This document shows, one piece after another, positions 17,049 through 28,095 of a stretch of 64,000 nt of DNA. The stretch spans positions 5,623,834 through 5,687,833 of the forward strand of contig OZ245764.1 of assembly GCA_965227565.1 (NCBI GenBank), in the 5' to 3' direction. The translations under genes and the position numbers were made by a program. The stretch comes from Rhodospirillales bacterium (GTDB lineage: Bacteria > Pseudomonadota > Alphaproteobacteria > Kiloniellales > JACOMY01). A model generated the notes under the pieces. That model was not told where the DNA came from. It ran no database searches and saw only the letters and a list, made by a program, of their open reading frames with translations. How positions within the stretch are numbered: the stretch's first letter is position 1; the number at the start of each line of letters is the position of its first letter.

Positions 17049-17204
17049 ATGCTGGGCTTCACCGGCGTCATCCTGCCCCTGACCAGCGGCTGCGTCGTGC
17101 GCGAAGGCTCCGACCCACAGCCCGAGGTCTCCGAGCCGGAAGCGGCCGACGCGCAGCAGGAGGAGAGCAAGCTACCGCAAGACCGCAAGAGGGCGGCGGG
17201 ATGA
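17049..17204 (+). CDS. Small predicted lipoprotein (about 51 aa)
   Basis: MLGFTGVILPLTSGC lipobox followed by an acidic tail. Its stop overlaps the next ATG (ATGA at 17201-17204). The track start at 17010 would overlap dctM. Confidence 0.4.
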   Translation: MLGFTGVILPLTSGCVVREGSDPQPEVSEPEAADAQQEESKLPQDRKRAAG

Positions 17205-18124
17205 CACCTCTTCCATCGGTGACAGGCGGGCTGCGCTTCTGCCTAATCCTGGTCGCGCTGGTGGCGGCCGCGGGCTGCATGAAGCCGCGCGGGGGCGCGC
17301 AACCTGCCGACAACAGCGGCCCGATCCAGGACATACCCTGGAACGCCATGACGCCCCTGCCGGCGCTCACCTTCGACGAGGGGCCCAGCCCGACCGGCTT
17401 CTGGGCGCGTTTCGTCGAGCAGGGGCCGCGGCTGGAGGTCGGCAGGGCCGGCCAGCGGCAGCCCACGGTGACCCTGCAGATGAACTCGACGGCCGACAGC
17501 TTCCTGCGCGACGGCGTGACCGAGAGCTACCGCCTGTCCCACACCGGGCCGCTGGGTGAGGGCTACAGCGTCTTCAACGGCCTGACGCCCGGCAACCGGC
17601 AGCGCGAGCCCTATGCGCTGGTGGCCTTCACCAATGCCGACGGCACCAACGCCCTCTACGGTCTGCTCGGGGAGGCCGATCCCGCCCCGGCCGCGGGAGT
17701 GCAGCACTTCAACGGCGGTGCCGTGCTCTCGCGGCGCCAGGGTGACAACGAGGTTCCCGTCTTCACCGCGCAGGCGCAGGCAAGGGTGGACGCCGAGAAC
17801 GGGCCGCAACGCCTGGCGCTGCTCCTGACCGTGCCGCCGGAGCTGCCGCGCCTCTTCGGGCAGCGGGTCGGCGCGGTCCAGATCGTCGCCGGCTACGATC
17901 CCGCCACGCAGTCCTTCAGCGCCGACCGGCGCGAGGTATCCGCAGTCGGAACCGGCGGGCGGCTGCGCGTGCCGACCTTCTCGCTGTTCGGGCAGGTGAT
18001 GAACGGCGGCCGGTCGCTGGCCGGCCTCTTCCGCCTCTACGGCAGCGACGGCGAACCGCTGGTCGTCGGCGCCTTCACCCTGCAGACGACCACCAGGCCG
18101 GAGCCGCAGGTGAGCCGCCGCTAA
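17201..18124 (+). CDS. Predicted lipoprotein, possible TbpB/fHbp-like C-terminal beta-barrel
   Basis: Lipobox LVAAAGC. The C-terminus SLFGQVMNGGRSLAGLFRLYGSDGEPLVVGAFTLQ resembles the last strands of surface-lipoprotein 8-strand barrels. This is recollection and is not verified. Confidence 0.55.
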   Translation: MTPLPSVTGGLRFCLILVALVAAAGCMKPRGGAQPADNSGPIQDIPWNAMTPLPALTFDEGPSPTGFWARFVEQGPRLEVGRAGQRQPTVTLQMNSTADSFLRDGVTESYRLSHTGPLGEGYSVFNGLTPGNRQREPYALVAFTNADGTNALYGLLGEADPAPAAGVQHFNGGAVLSRRQGDNEVPVFTAQAQARVDAENGPQRLALLLTVPPELPRLFGQRVGAVQIVAGYDPATQSFSADRREVSAVGTGGRLRVPTFSLFGQVMNGGRSLAGLFRLYGSDGEPLVVGAFTLQTTTRPEPQVSRR

Positions 18125-18199
18125 GACCAAGTGCCCTGGGGCGGACGCAACAAAACCGTGCTATCGCTTTCCGCAGTAGGCATTTTCGGGAGATCTGCA

Positions 18200-18571
18200 A
18201 TGTTGCGTCCTGGCTTCACTCTCTTGGCTGCCGCCCTTCTGTGGGCGGGGACTGCGGGCGCCGACGAGCCCCTGGACTGCGTCGATCAGCCCTCGCAGAT
18301 TGCGATCGGCTTCACCACGATCTGCGCCGGGCAGGAGAGCTTCTCGGCCGAGCAACTGCAGGGCTGGTCCTGCGAGAACCTCTGGGACCTGCGCAGCAAC
18401 ATCCTCTACACCGCCGGCTACTGTTTCGAGAGCGCGCGCGGCAAGGCGGCCTTCGACAACACCGGCTGCCACGCCAAGACGGTCGCAGCCCTGGACCTGA
18501 ACGAGCACCAGAAGGCGAACGTCGATCTCATCACCAGGCTGGAGACGGAGCAGTCCTGTCCGGCGGAGTAA
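18200..18571 (+). CDS. Secreted Cys-rich protein, YARHG-like segment
   Basis: Start at MLRPGFTLLAAALLWAGTAGA (signal peptide). The segment LWDLRSNILYTAGYCFES loosely resembles the YARHG motif. Six Cys in the predicted mature part. Confidence 0.5.
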   Translation: MLRPGFTLLAAALLWAGTAGADEPLDCVDQPSQIAIGFTTICAGQESFSAEQLQGWSCENLWDLRSNILYTAGYCFESARGKAAFDNTGCHAKTVAALDLNEHQKANVDLITRLETEQSCPAE

Positions 18572-18583
18572 CCGTCGGCTCCT

Positions 18584-19039
18584 TCATGTTGCGGTGGGAC
18601 CGTCGTCGTCCTCCTCCTCCGCTACCTCCGCCTGGTAGCGCTCGGAGATGTCGCCGTGGGCATAGCCGGAGAGGAGGGCGAGCGAGATGATGCGCGCGTC
18701 CAGCGACTCCGGCGCCTCGGCGGCCAGTTCCAGCCTGGCGAGCATCTTCCGGGCCTCGGCCTCGCCCAGCCGCTCGGCTGCATCCTCGATTCCCTGGTAG
18801 CAGAAGGCGAAGAGCCCGCCGCTGTCGTGCAGGGCCTCGATCAGGGGGCGGGCGGCCGCACCCTTGGGCTCGCCCCGCTGCGGCAGGCCCATGGCGTCCT
18901 TGGTCAGCCGCACCAGGGCCAGGCGCAGGCTCTCCGGGAAACCGCCGGGGGAGAGGCCGGCGGCCTCCAGGCCCTGATCCAGCCACTCCAGGCTGACCGT
19001 GCCGCCGAAGAAGAGCTTGCCCAGGATGTTCATCGCCAT
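18584..19039 (-). CDS. Hypothetical protein with acidic C-terminal tail
   Basis: 151 aa with high GC3. Its ATG overlaps the stop of the upstream FAD oxidoreductase (ATGA at 19038-19041 region). Confidence 0.55.
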   Translation of the reverse strand: MAMNILGKLFFGGTVSLEWLDQGLEAAGLSPGGFPESLRLALVRLTKDAMGLPQRGEPKGAAARPLIEALHDSGGLFAFCYQGIEDAAERLGEAEARKMLARLELAAEAPESLDARIISLALLSGYAHGDISERYQAEVAEEEDDDGPTAT

Positions 19040-20163
19040 CAGGCCTGCGCCCGCAAGCGCTGCGGCGCCAGATCGTCCGCTGTCAGCCCCTCGGCCGCCA
19101 CCGCTTCCGGCAGGCCCTCTCCGCGGATGAGGGCGGCCGCGCTCTCAGCCAGGCCGGGCGAGGACTGGATGCCGTAGCCGCCCTGGCCGGCCAGCCAAAA
19201 AAAGCCCTCGCAACTGGCATCCCAGCCGGCGACGGGGGACTTGTCGGCCACGAAGCTGCGCAGCCCTGCCCACCTGCGCTCGATCTGGCGGATCGAGAGG
19301 TCGAAGGCGCGCTCGATGCGGTCGACACAGATGGCGATGTCCAGCTCTTCCGGCTGCGCGTCGCAGGGCGGCGAGGGGGTCTCGTCGGCCGGCGAGATCA
19401 GCAGCTTGCCGGCATCGGGCTTCAGGTAGAACTCCTCCTCGATGCAGGCCGCGAGCGGGAAGGGGGAGGGGTCGCAGCCCTCGGGTGCGGCGACGATCAT
19501 GGCGGTGCGCCGCTTGGGTACCAGGCCGATCGGCTCGGCACCGGCCAGCGCGCCGATCTCGTCGGCCCAGGCGCCGGCTGCGTTCACCAGGATGCCTGCG
19601 CTGACCTCGCCGGCCTTGGTCTCGAGCCGCCAAGCCCCGTCCCTGCGCGCGAGGCCGCGGACCTCCGCATTGCCGATCAGGCTGCCGCCCCGCGTCTTCA
19701 TCAGCCTGAGGTAGCCCTGATGCAGGCCATGTACGTCGATGTCGTGGCAGTCCGGGTCCCAGACCGCGTCCGCGAGGTAGTCGGCTCGCAGCAGGGGGCA
19801 GAGCGCCAGCGCCTGCTCCCGGCCGATGCGCGTGACCTGGGTCCCGGCCAGCTCGGCCATGGTCTCCGCCGCCTGGCGCTCCTGGTCGGGCCGTGCGATC
19901 AGCAGCACCCCGCGGGGCGTGAGCAGCGGATGGGCGGCGAAGCCCTCCGGCGGGTTCCTGAAGAAGGCCTCCGAGGCGCGCGCCAGCGCCCGGATCGCGG
20001 CGGGTCCGTAGGTCTTGGAATAGAGCGCCGCCGAGCGCCCGGTCGTGTGATAGCCGGGCTGCGATTCCTGCTCCAGCAGGAGGACCTTGTGGTCCGCGGC
20101 CAGCTCCGCGGCGAGCGAGGCGCCGGCGATCCCGGCACCGATGACGGCGACGTCCGCCTGCAT
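19039..20163 (-). CDS. FAD-dependent oxidoreductase (DAO family)
   Basis: N-terminal dinucleotide fold VAVIGAGIAGASLA and DAO-like length (374 aa). Confidence 0.85.
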   Translation of the reverse strand: MQADVAVIGAGIAGASLAAELAADHKVLLLEQESQPGYHTTGRSAALYSKTYGPAAIRALARASEAFFRNPPEGFAAHPLLTPRGVLLIARPDQERQAAETMAELAGTQVTRIGREQALALCPLLRADYLADAVWDPDCHDIDVHGLHQGYLRLMKTRGGSLIGNAEVRGLARRDGAWRLETKAGEVSAGILVNAAGAWADEIGALAGAEPIGLVPKRRTAMIVAAPEGCDPSPFPLAACIEEEFYLKPDAGKLLISPADETPSPPCDAQPEELDIAICVDRIERAFDLSIRQIERRWAGLRSFVADKSPVAGWDASCEGFFWLAGQGGYGIQSSPGLAESAAALIRGEGLPEAVAAEGLTADDLAPQRLRAQA

Positions 20164-20259
20164 GGCTCTCTCTCCTTGTCACGTTCGGGACGTGGTCAGG
20201 CCTCGCGGCGCTGGGCCGGGCTCATAGCATTCTTCGGCGCGTGCGCGAAGAGAGCCAAC

Positions 20260-20652
20260 TCAGTACCAGATATCCGCGACGCAGCGGCTGTCGCGCTCCC
20301 GGTACTCCCAGCTCTCCAGCCCGTCGAGGTGGCGTAGCGGGACCTGGCCAACGGCGGCCGGCTCGGCCAGCCGCAGGTTGACGGCGATGCGGCGGCGGCC
20401 GTCTGGTTTGGGCTCCCGCGCGCGCCAGGAGGCGATGCAGCCGCAGTCTCGGCAGAAGAGGAACTCCAGATCGCAATCGCCCCAGGCGTAGGCCTGGGTC
20501 GGGCCGGCAAGGGCGATCTCCTCGCCCTCGTGGCCGTAGGCCCAGACGACGCCGTAGCGCCGGCAGAGCGTGCAGTTGCAGGCGGTGGCCGACTCCGGTT
20601 CGCCCTCGAAGCGCCAGCGGACCGCGCCGCAGTGACAGGAACCCTCGATCAT
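20260..20652 (-). CDS. GFA/CENP-V family protein (glutathione-dependent formaldehyde-activating-like)
   Basis: CHCGAV...CNCTLCRR...FCRDCG Zn-binding Cys pattern. Confidence 0.8.
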   Translation of the reverse strand: MIEGSCHCGAVRWRFEGEPESATACNCTLCRRYGVVWAYGHEGEEIALAGPTQAYAWGDCDLEFLFCRDCGCIASWRAREPKPDGRRRIAVNLRLAEPAAVGQVPLRHLDGLESWEYRERDSRCVADIWY

Positions 20653-20735
20653 CGCCTTGCCCTCCGTGACGCCGGCCGTTTCCCGCCCTCGACTCTAGCC
20701 GATTGCCGCCGGTCTCATCCACCGTCGGCACTTTC

Positions 20736-20794
20736 ATTCAACAAACTGGTTGACTCATCTGCTGGGCGCTCGTACATTCAACCTTATGGTTGAA
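20736..20794. promoter_or_regulatory. Two ArsR-type operator palindromes
   Basis: TCAAC-N6-GTTGA (20738-20753) and a perfect ATTCAACC-TTAT-GGTTGAAT (20775-20794). The second contains the candidate ATG at 20786. Confidence 0.4.
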
Positions 20795-21154
20795 TTAGAG
20801 ACACCCGAGCTGAACGCCGTCTTCCATGCCCTCGGCGACGCCACGCGGCGCGGGATGCTCCACGCCCTGGCCGAGCAGGAGCGGAGCGTGGGGGAACTGG
20901 CGGAACCCTTCGACATGTCGCTCGCCGCGGCCTCCAAGCACGTCAAGGTGCTGGAGAAGGCCGGCCTCATCAGGCGCGAGGTGCGCTGGCGCACGCATGT
21001 CTGCCGCCTGGACCCAGGACCGCTGGCCACGGCGCATGCCTGGCTCGGCGCCTACCAGCGCTTCTGGACGGAGCGGCTGGATGTCCTCGAAAGCCTCCTC
21101 CGCGAGGAGGACCGGAAACCTTCCCCCGCTTCCGACAAAGGAGAGAAGCCATGA
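20786..21154 (+). CDS. ArsR/SmtB family transcriptional regulator
   Basis: wHTH segment LGDATRRGMLHALAEQERSVGELAEPFDMSLAAASKHVKVLEKAGLI. An alternative TTG start lies at 20750. Confidence 0.8.
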   Translation: MVELETPELNAVFHALGDATRRGMLHALAEQERSVGELAEPFDMSLAAASKHVKVLEKAGLIRREVRWRTHVCRLDPGPLATAHAWLGAYQRFWTERLDVLESLLREEDRKPSPASDKGEKP

Positions 21155-21678
21155 CCAAGACCCTCGATGCCTATGGCGTGCTGAGCGAGCCCGCCACCCT
21201 GACGATCCAGCGCCTCCTGCCCGGTCCGATAGAGCGCGTCTGGGCCTACCTCACCGAGAGCGACCTGCGCCGCAAGTGGCTGGCCTCGGGCGAGATGGAG
21301 ATGAAGGTGGGCGCACCCTTCGAGCTGGTCTGGCGCAACAGCGAGCTCACCGACCCGCCCGGCGCGCGCCCGGAGGGCTTCGGCGAGGAGCACAGCATGA
21401 AGAGCCGGATCGTCGCGCTCGAGGCGCCCCGAACCCTGACCTTCACCTGGGGCGAGAACGGCGAGGTGACCTTCGCCCTGGAGGAGCAGGGCAAGGAGGT
21501 GCTGCTGACCGTGATCCATCGCCGCCTGGCCGACCGCAACATGACCCTGATGGTCGGTGCCGGCTGGCATGCGCACCTGGACGTCCTCGTCGCCCGCCTG
21601 AGCGGCGTGGAGCCGGCACCCTTCTGGGACGGCTGGACCCGCCTCAGGGCCGAGTACGAGGGCCGGGTTCCAGCCTGA
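21151..21678 (+). CDS. SRPBCC/AHSA1 domain protein
   Basis: 175 aa. ATGA overlap with the arsR stop. ArsR-SRPBCC pairs are a common arrangement. Confidence 0.8.
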   Translation: MTKTLDAYGVLSEPATLTIQRLLPGPIERVWAYLTESDLRRKWLASGEMEMKVGAPFELVWRNSELTDPPGARPEGFGEEHSMKSRIVALEAPRTLTFTWGENGEVTFALEEQGKEVLLTVIHRRLADRNMTLMVGAGWHAHLDVLVARLSGVEPAPFWDGWTRLRAEYEGRVPA

Positions 21679-21724
21679 CCTGGCGCTTGTGAGGCCCGCA
21701 ACGGCCTCGCGATTTCCGGAGGAG

Positions 21725-21772
21725 GGGGCCAGGGCACTCTTCTGGCCCCTTCTCGCTTTCCGTTCTCCTTCT
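21725..21772 (+). terminator. Intrinsic terminator after the SRPBCC gene
   Basis: GGGGCCAG(21725-21732)/CTGGCCCC(21742-21749) followed by a T-rich tail TTCTCGCTTTCCGTTCTCCTTCTT. Confidence 0.55.
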
Positions 21773-21806
21773 TACATTGAATCTTCCGGCCAATGGCCGT
21801 ACATTG
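21773..21806. promoter_or_regulatory. Candidate TacA operator/promoter
   Basis: Direct repeats TACATTG (21773-21779, 21800-21806) flank the palindrome CGGCCA-A-TGGCCG (21787-21799), 24 nt upstream of the antitoxin ATG. Local GC dip. Confidence 0.35.
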
Positions 21807-21829
21807 CAGGCAAGAAGGAGAAGTAGTCG

Positions 21830-22132
21830 ATGACCGAGACAGTGAAGGAAGCCTCGAAGGCGCGCGTCCGTGGGGAGCGGCTCGAGACACGCGTGACTGC
21901 CGAACAGAAGCGCCTGATTGAGACGGCGGCCGCCTTGCAGGGCCGGACGGTGACGGACTTCGTTCTGACCAGCCTGCAGGAGGCGGCGAGCCGCGCCGTC
22001 GAGGAGCATCGGCAGCTCTCGCTCTCCCTACGCGACGGCCAGGCTTTCGTCCGCGCCCTGCTCGAACCGCAGCCGGTGAACGACCGCCTGCAAGACACCG
22101 TTCGCCGCTACCGAGAGCGCGGCGGCAGCTGA
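21830..22132 (+). CDS. DUF1778 (TacA-like) antitoxin
   Basis: 100 aa. RLETRVTAEQKRLIETAAALQGRTVTDFVL is the RHH-type DUF1778 signature. Confidence 0.85.
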   Translation: MTETVKEASKARVRGERLETRVTAEQKRLIETAAALQGRTVTDFVLTSLQEAASRAVEEHRQLSLSLRDGQAFVRALLEPQPVNDRLQDTVRRYRERGGS

Positions 22133-22138
22133 CGGGCC

Positions 22139-22648
22139 GTGGCCGAGGCGGGCGGCAGGCTGTGGGTCGAGGCCCTGGCCTCTCATCACGATCGCTCCGG
22201 CTTCGAGAGCGGCGTGGAGGCGCTCGACCGCTACCTGCGCAAGCAGGCCGGCCAGGATGCCAGGAAGAACCTGGCTGCTCCTTTCCTGCTGGTGCTGTCC
22301 GACGGGACGGTTGCGGGCTACTACACCCTCTCCTCCACTGCCGTGCGGCTGCCGGAGCTGCCGGAGACGATCGTGCGCAGGCTGCCCCGCTACCCCCTCG
22401 TGCCGGCGACGCTCCTCGGCCGGCTGGCGGTAGACCGGAGACAGCAGGGCAGGGGCTTTGGCCGCTTTCTCCTCGCCGACGCCCTCCATCGGGCCCTCCG
22501 CAGCGAGATCGCGTCCTTCGCGGTGATCGTCGATGCCGAGGACGAGAGCGCCAGGCGCTTCTACGAGCGCGAGAGCTTCCTGCCCTTTCCAGACCAGCCA
22601 ATGAAGCTCTTCCTGCCAATGGCGGCCATCGCGAAGCTGTTCGACTAG
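22139..22648 (+). CDS. GNAT-family acetyltransferase toxin (TacT/KacT-like)
   Basis: 169 aa, GTG start 6 nt after the antitoxin stop. Acetyl-CoA motif RRQQGRGFGRFLL. Typical FESG..ALD..L N-terminal region. Confidence 0.85.
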   Translation: MAEAGGRLWVEALASHHDRSGFESGVEALDRYLRKQAGQDARKNLAAPFLLVLSDGTVAGYYTLSSTAVRLPELPETIVRRLPRYPLVPATLLGRLAVDRRQQGRGFGRFLLADALHRALRSEIASFAVIVDAEDESARRFYERESFLPFPDQPMKLFLPMAAIAKLFD

Positions 22649-22864
22649 CCTTCTGGCGTACCGCCACAAGAGCAGTGTGCCGGCCGCCCTTTCCCCGCGG
22701 CGTTGACCTGGCGCTCGCAAGGGCGGGATACTTGCGCGGTGAAGGGGGCCTGCGCCGGGGGCTGAGAGTCCGATCCCCGGCAAGGCGGCAAGCCCGAGGC
22801 TTCGATCCATCGAGGCCCCGGTTCCGGGGGCGTCGCGGGACCGCAGGGAGAAGGAAACGACGGC

Positions 22865-24439
<1,575 letters not shown>

Positions 24440-24640
24440 GGGTGAGGCCCGAGGAGAAAGCACCACAGGTCATCGTCGCATAGCTCTGGTCAGGCTGCTA
24501 TCTCATAGGTTGGATGCCGCTGGGTCGGATCTTGCGCCCTTCCCTCAGACTGTGGTCCTCTCACCATCACCTTCTGAAGGATGGAAGTTTTGTAATCTTC
24601 GTGCTACATAATCGTTGGATCTGTAGTGCGATGGTGCCAA

Positions 24641-24976
24641 ATGCCGACACCCCATAATCCATCCCTCGCGGTAAGGCGCGTGCTGCGCAAGCTTGGTGCG
24701 GACATCCGAGATGCCCGTCGGCGTCGACGCTTGCCAATGGCCGTCGTGGCTGAGCGCGCTTTCACATCCCGCTCGACCCTTCAGAAGGTCGAAGCCGGGA
24801 ACACCAATGTCAGCATCGGCATTTATGCCGGCGTCCTGCAGGCGCTCGGCCTGCTCGAGGGTCTGAGCCAGATTGCCGACATCGGTAACGACTCGGTTGG
24901 TCAAGCGCTGGCCAGCGCCGAACTGCCCAAGCACGCCCACCTCAAGCGGACACGCGGGTCGTCTCGCGATGACTGA
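24641..24976 (+). CDS. hipB: XRE-family HTH antitoxin (HipB-like)
   Basis: HTH RLPMAVVAERAFTSRSTLQKVEAG. Its stop overlaps the hipA ATG (ATGACTGA). Confidence 0.7.
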   Translation: MPTPHNPSLAVRRVLRKLGADIRDARRRRRLPMAVVAERAFTSRSTLQKVEAGNTNVSIGIYAGVLQALGLLEGLSQIADIGNDSVGQALASAELPKHAHLKRTRGSSRDD

Positions 24977-26216
24977 TTTCGAGGTGCATATAGACCTGGC
25001 CGGCCGCACGCACCCCATCGGACTGGCGAGGAGCAACCGCGTTCGAGGCAGGGAGGCCATCCTCTTCGAATACGATGGGGCGTGGCTCGCCGATCCGGAC
25101 CGCTTCTCACTCGAGCCTTCCCTTGCCCTGACCCGCGGTCTGTTCGCGCCCCCTGCCGGATCGTCGATTTTCGGGTCCATTGGAGATTCTGCGCCCGACA
25201 CATGGGGGCGCCGACTGATGCAGCGCGCCGAACGCCGACAAGCCGAACGCGAAGGCCGTGCCGTTCGCACGCTCGCGGAAAGCGACTACTTGCTTGGCGT
25301 CGCCGACGAGACCCGCCTGGGTGCCCTTCGATTTCGCTTGCCGGGCCAAGAGGCCTTCCAAGCACCGATGCGCGACGGCGTTCCCGCCCGGATCGAACTC
25401 GGGCGGCTTCTCGGGATCACTGAGCGGATTTTCCGCGACGAGGAAACGGACGAGGACCTTCAACTCATCTTCGCTCCCGGCTCCTCCCTTGGCGGTGCGC
25501 GGCCCAAAGCATCGGTCATCGATCAGCACGGATACCTCTCCATCGCGAAGTTCCCGAAGGAGACCGACGACTACAGCATGGAGACTTGGGAGGAGATTGC
25601 GCTACGCCTGGCTGCCCAGGCCGGCATCACCACCCCGCATCATGAACTGGTGGAGGTCGCCGGCAAGGCAGTGATGCTGTCGCGGCGCTTCGATCGCGCC
25701 GGCTCTATCCGCATTCCCTTCCTCTCTGCGATGGCGATGCTGGGCGCCAAGGACGGTGAACGCGGCAGCTATCCGGAGATCGTGGACGCCCTGGCGCAAC
25801 ATGGCGCGAAGGGGAAGACCGACGCACAAGCCCTCTACAGGCGCGTCGTGTTCAACGTGCTGATTTCCAATGTCGACGATCACCTGCGCAACCATGGTTT
25901 CCTTTGGTTCGGTAAGGCCGGATGGTCCCTTTCTCCTGCCTATGACCTCAATCCTGTGCCAACCGACCTCAAGGCGCGTGTGCTGACAACCAACATCGAC
26001 CTCGACGAGGGCACCTGCTCGATCGACCTGCTGGAGAGCGCGGCGGAACTCTTCGCACTCACCCTGGCGCAGGCTCGCGCGATCATCAGGGAGGTCGGGA
26101 CCACCACCGCGACTTGGCGCGATATGGCCAAGTCGGTCGGTGCCCGAACGGCCGAGATTACCCGAATGGCCAGTGCGTTCGAGCATAGCGATCTCACACG
26201 TGCGCTGGCCCTCTGA
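24969..26216 (+). CDS. hipA: HipA-family serine/threonine kinase toxin
   Basis: Start at MTDFEVHIDLAG, inside track ORF 24873-26216. Contains GSSLGGARPK (P-loop-like) and the catalytic NVDDHLRNHGF motif. Confidence 0.85.
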   Translation: MTDFEVHIDLAGRTHPIGLARSNRVRGREAILFEYDGAWLADPDRFSLEPSLALTRGLFAPPAGSSIFGSIGDSAPDTWGRRLMQRAERRQAEREGRAVRTLAESDYLLGVADETRLGALRFRLPGQEAFQAPMRDGVPARIELGRLLGITERIFRDEETDEDLQLIFAPGSSLGGARPKASVIDQHGYLSIAKFPKETDDYSMETWEEIALRLAAQAGITTPHHELVEVAGKAVMLSRRFDRAGSIRIPFLSAMAMLGAKDGERGSYPEIVDALAQHGAKGKTDAQALYRRVVFNVLISNVDDHLRNHGFLWFGKAGWSLSPAYDLNPVPTDLKARVLTTNIDLDEGTCSIDLLESAAELFALTLAQARAIIREVGTTTATWRDMAKSVGARTAEITRMASAFEHSDLTRALAL

Positions 26217-26309
26217 AGGGAGCTTCCGGCCTCGATCAGGACGATGGACCGGCCTCGCTGTGGAACCGCTCCGGGCTCAGGCACTCGTTCTGGAAGGTGC
26301 CGTCAAACA

Positions 26310-27857
26310 TCACTCCCACTCGATCGTCCCCGGCGGCTTCGAGGTCACGTCGTAGACCACCCGGTTGACCCCGCGCACCTCGTTCACGATGCGCGTCGCC
26401 ACCTCGGCGATGAAGCTGTGGTCGAAGGGGTAGCTTTCGGCCGTCATGCCGTCGGCCGAGGTGACCGCGCGCAGCGCCAGCACGTGGTCGTAGGTGCGCT
26501 GGTCGCCCATGACGCCGACCGTGCGCACCGGCAGCAGGACCGCGAAGGCCTGCCAGATGGCATCGTAGAGGCCGGCGGTGCGCAGGGCCTCGATGTAGAT
26601 GGCATCGGCCTTGCGCAGGATCCCGGCCTTCTCGGCGTCGACCGGGCCCGGAATGCGGATCGCCAGGCCCGGGCCGGGGAAGGGGTGGCGGCCGATCAGG
26701 GCCTCGGGCAGGCCGAGCTCGCGGCCGAGCGCGCGGACCTCGTCCTTGAAGAGCTCGCGCAAGGGCTCGACCAGCGCCATCTTCATGCGCTCGGGCAGGC
26801 CGCCGACGTTGTGGTGGGTCTTGATGGTGACCGACGGGCCGCCGCGTGGCGAGACGCTCTCGATCACGTCGGGATAGAGGGTGCCCTGGGCCAGGAAGTC
26901 GGCGCCGCCGATCTTCTTCGCCTCCTCCTCGAAGACCTCGACGAAGCTGCGGCCGATGATGCGGCGCTTCTCCTCCGGGTCGGCCACGCCCGCTAGCCGC
27001 CCGAGGAAGAGCGCGGAGGCGTCGCGGTCGACCAGCGGGATGTTGTAGTGGTCGCGGAAGAGGGCGACCACCTCGGTCGCCTCGTTCAGCCGCATCAGGC
27101 CGTGGTCGACCAGGATGCAGGTGAGCTGGTCGCCGATCGCCTCGTGGATCAGCACCGCGGCGACCGAGGAATCGACCCCGCCGGAGAGGCCGCAGATCAC
27201 TCGCTTGCTCCCGACCTGCGCGCGGATCGCCTCGACGGCGGACTGGCGGAAGGCGGCCATGGTCCAGTCGCCCGCACAGCCGCAGATCTCGTGCGCGAAG
27301 CGGGCGATCAGCTTGGCGCCGTCGGGGGTGTGGATCACCTCGGGATGGAACTGCACGCCGAAGAAGCGGCGGCTCTCGTCGGCGGTGATCGCGAAGGGCG
27401 CGCCCTCGGAGCGGCCGATCGAGGTGAAGCCGGGCGGCAGGGCGACCACCCGGTCGCCGTGGCTCATCCAGACCTGGTGGCGCTCGCCCGGCTGCCAGAC
27501 CCCGGCGGTCAGCGCCGTGCGGTCGGTCACCTCGACGAAGGCCTTGCCGAACTCCTGGTGGTCGCCGGCCTCCACCACGCCGCCGAGCTGGTGCACCATG
27601 AGCTGCTGGCCGTAGCAGATGCCGAGGATCGGCAGGCCCTGCTCGAAGAGGGCGGCGGGCGCCTGCGGGCTGTCGGCGGCAATCGCCGAGGCTGGGCCGC
27701 CGGAGAGGATGATGCCCCTGGGCTGCACCGCCTCGATGCGGTCCATCCCGGCATTGAAGGGCAGGATCTCGCTGTAGACGCCGGCCTCGCGCAGGCGTCG
27801 CGCGATGAGCTGGGTCACCTGGGAGCCGAAGTCCAGGACCAGAATCGTATCCGTCAT
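26310..27857 (-). CDS. guaA: GMP synthase (glutamine-hydrolysing)
   Basis: 515 aa. GATase domain (GICYGQQ), PP-loop SGGVDSSV, and C-terminal PPGTIEWE. Confidence 0.95.
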   Translation of the reverse strand: MTDTILVLDFGSQVTQLIARRLREAGVYSEILPFNAGMDRIEAVQPRGIILSGGPASAIAADSPQAPAALFEQGLPILGICYGQQLMVHQLGGVVEAGDHQEFGKAFVEVTDRTALTAGVWQPGERHQVWMSHGDRVVALPPGFTSIGRSEGAPFAITADESRRFFGVQFHPEVIHTPDGAKLIARFAHEICGCAGDWTMAAFRQSAVEAIRAQVGSKRVICGLSGGVDSSVAAVLIHEAIGDQLTCILVDHGLMRLNEATEVVALFRDHYNIPLVDRDASALFLGRLAGVADPEEKRRIIGRSFVEVFEEEAKKIGGADFLAQGTLYPDVIESVSPRGGPSVTIKTHHNVGGLPERMKMALVEPLRELFKDEVRALGRELGLPEALIGRHPFPGPGLAIRIPGPVDAEKAGILRKADAIYIEALRTAGLYDAIWQAFAVLLPVRTVGVMGDQRTYDHVLALRAVTSADGMTAESYPFDHSFIAEVATRIVNEVRGVNRVVYDVTSKPPGTIEWE

Positions 27858-28095
27858 GATCAGGAAAGAGCATAAGGACCGAGTCCTGTCCAGACCAGGC
27901 GCCGGCGCCCAGCCCGCAAGCCTGCCGTGCGCCCTCGACCCCGCCCGCAGGCTTGACGGGAGGGCCTTGCGACGGCGAGGTTACCGCCGTTTGGGCCGGT
28001 CGATCCCCCCGATTCGCGGTGCCGGTTTTCCGCGTCTCTTGTGGCCTTGCGTGACCGCTGCGTCTGCGGGCCCTCCCCGGCACCGCAAGCCCCCT

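Noticed and set aside
22649-22864. Structured, GC-rich 216-bp leader upstream of the DUF853 ATPase gene, considered as a possible riboswitch.
   Set aside because: No recognisable riboswitch consensus was seen. Only a plausible TTGACC-N18-GATACT promoter and generic GC hairpins are present.
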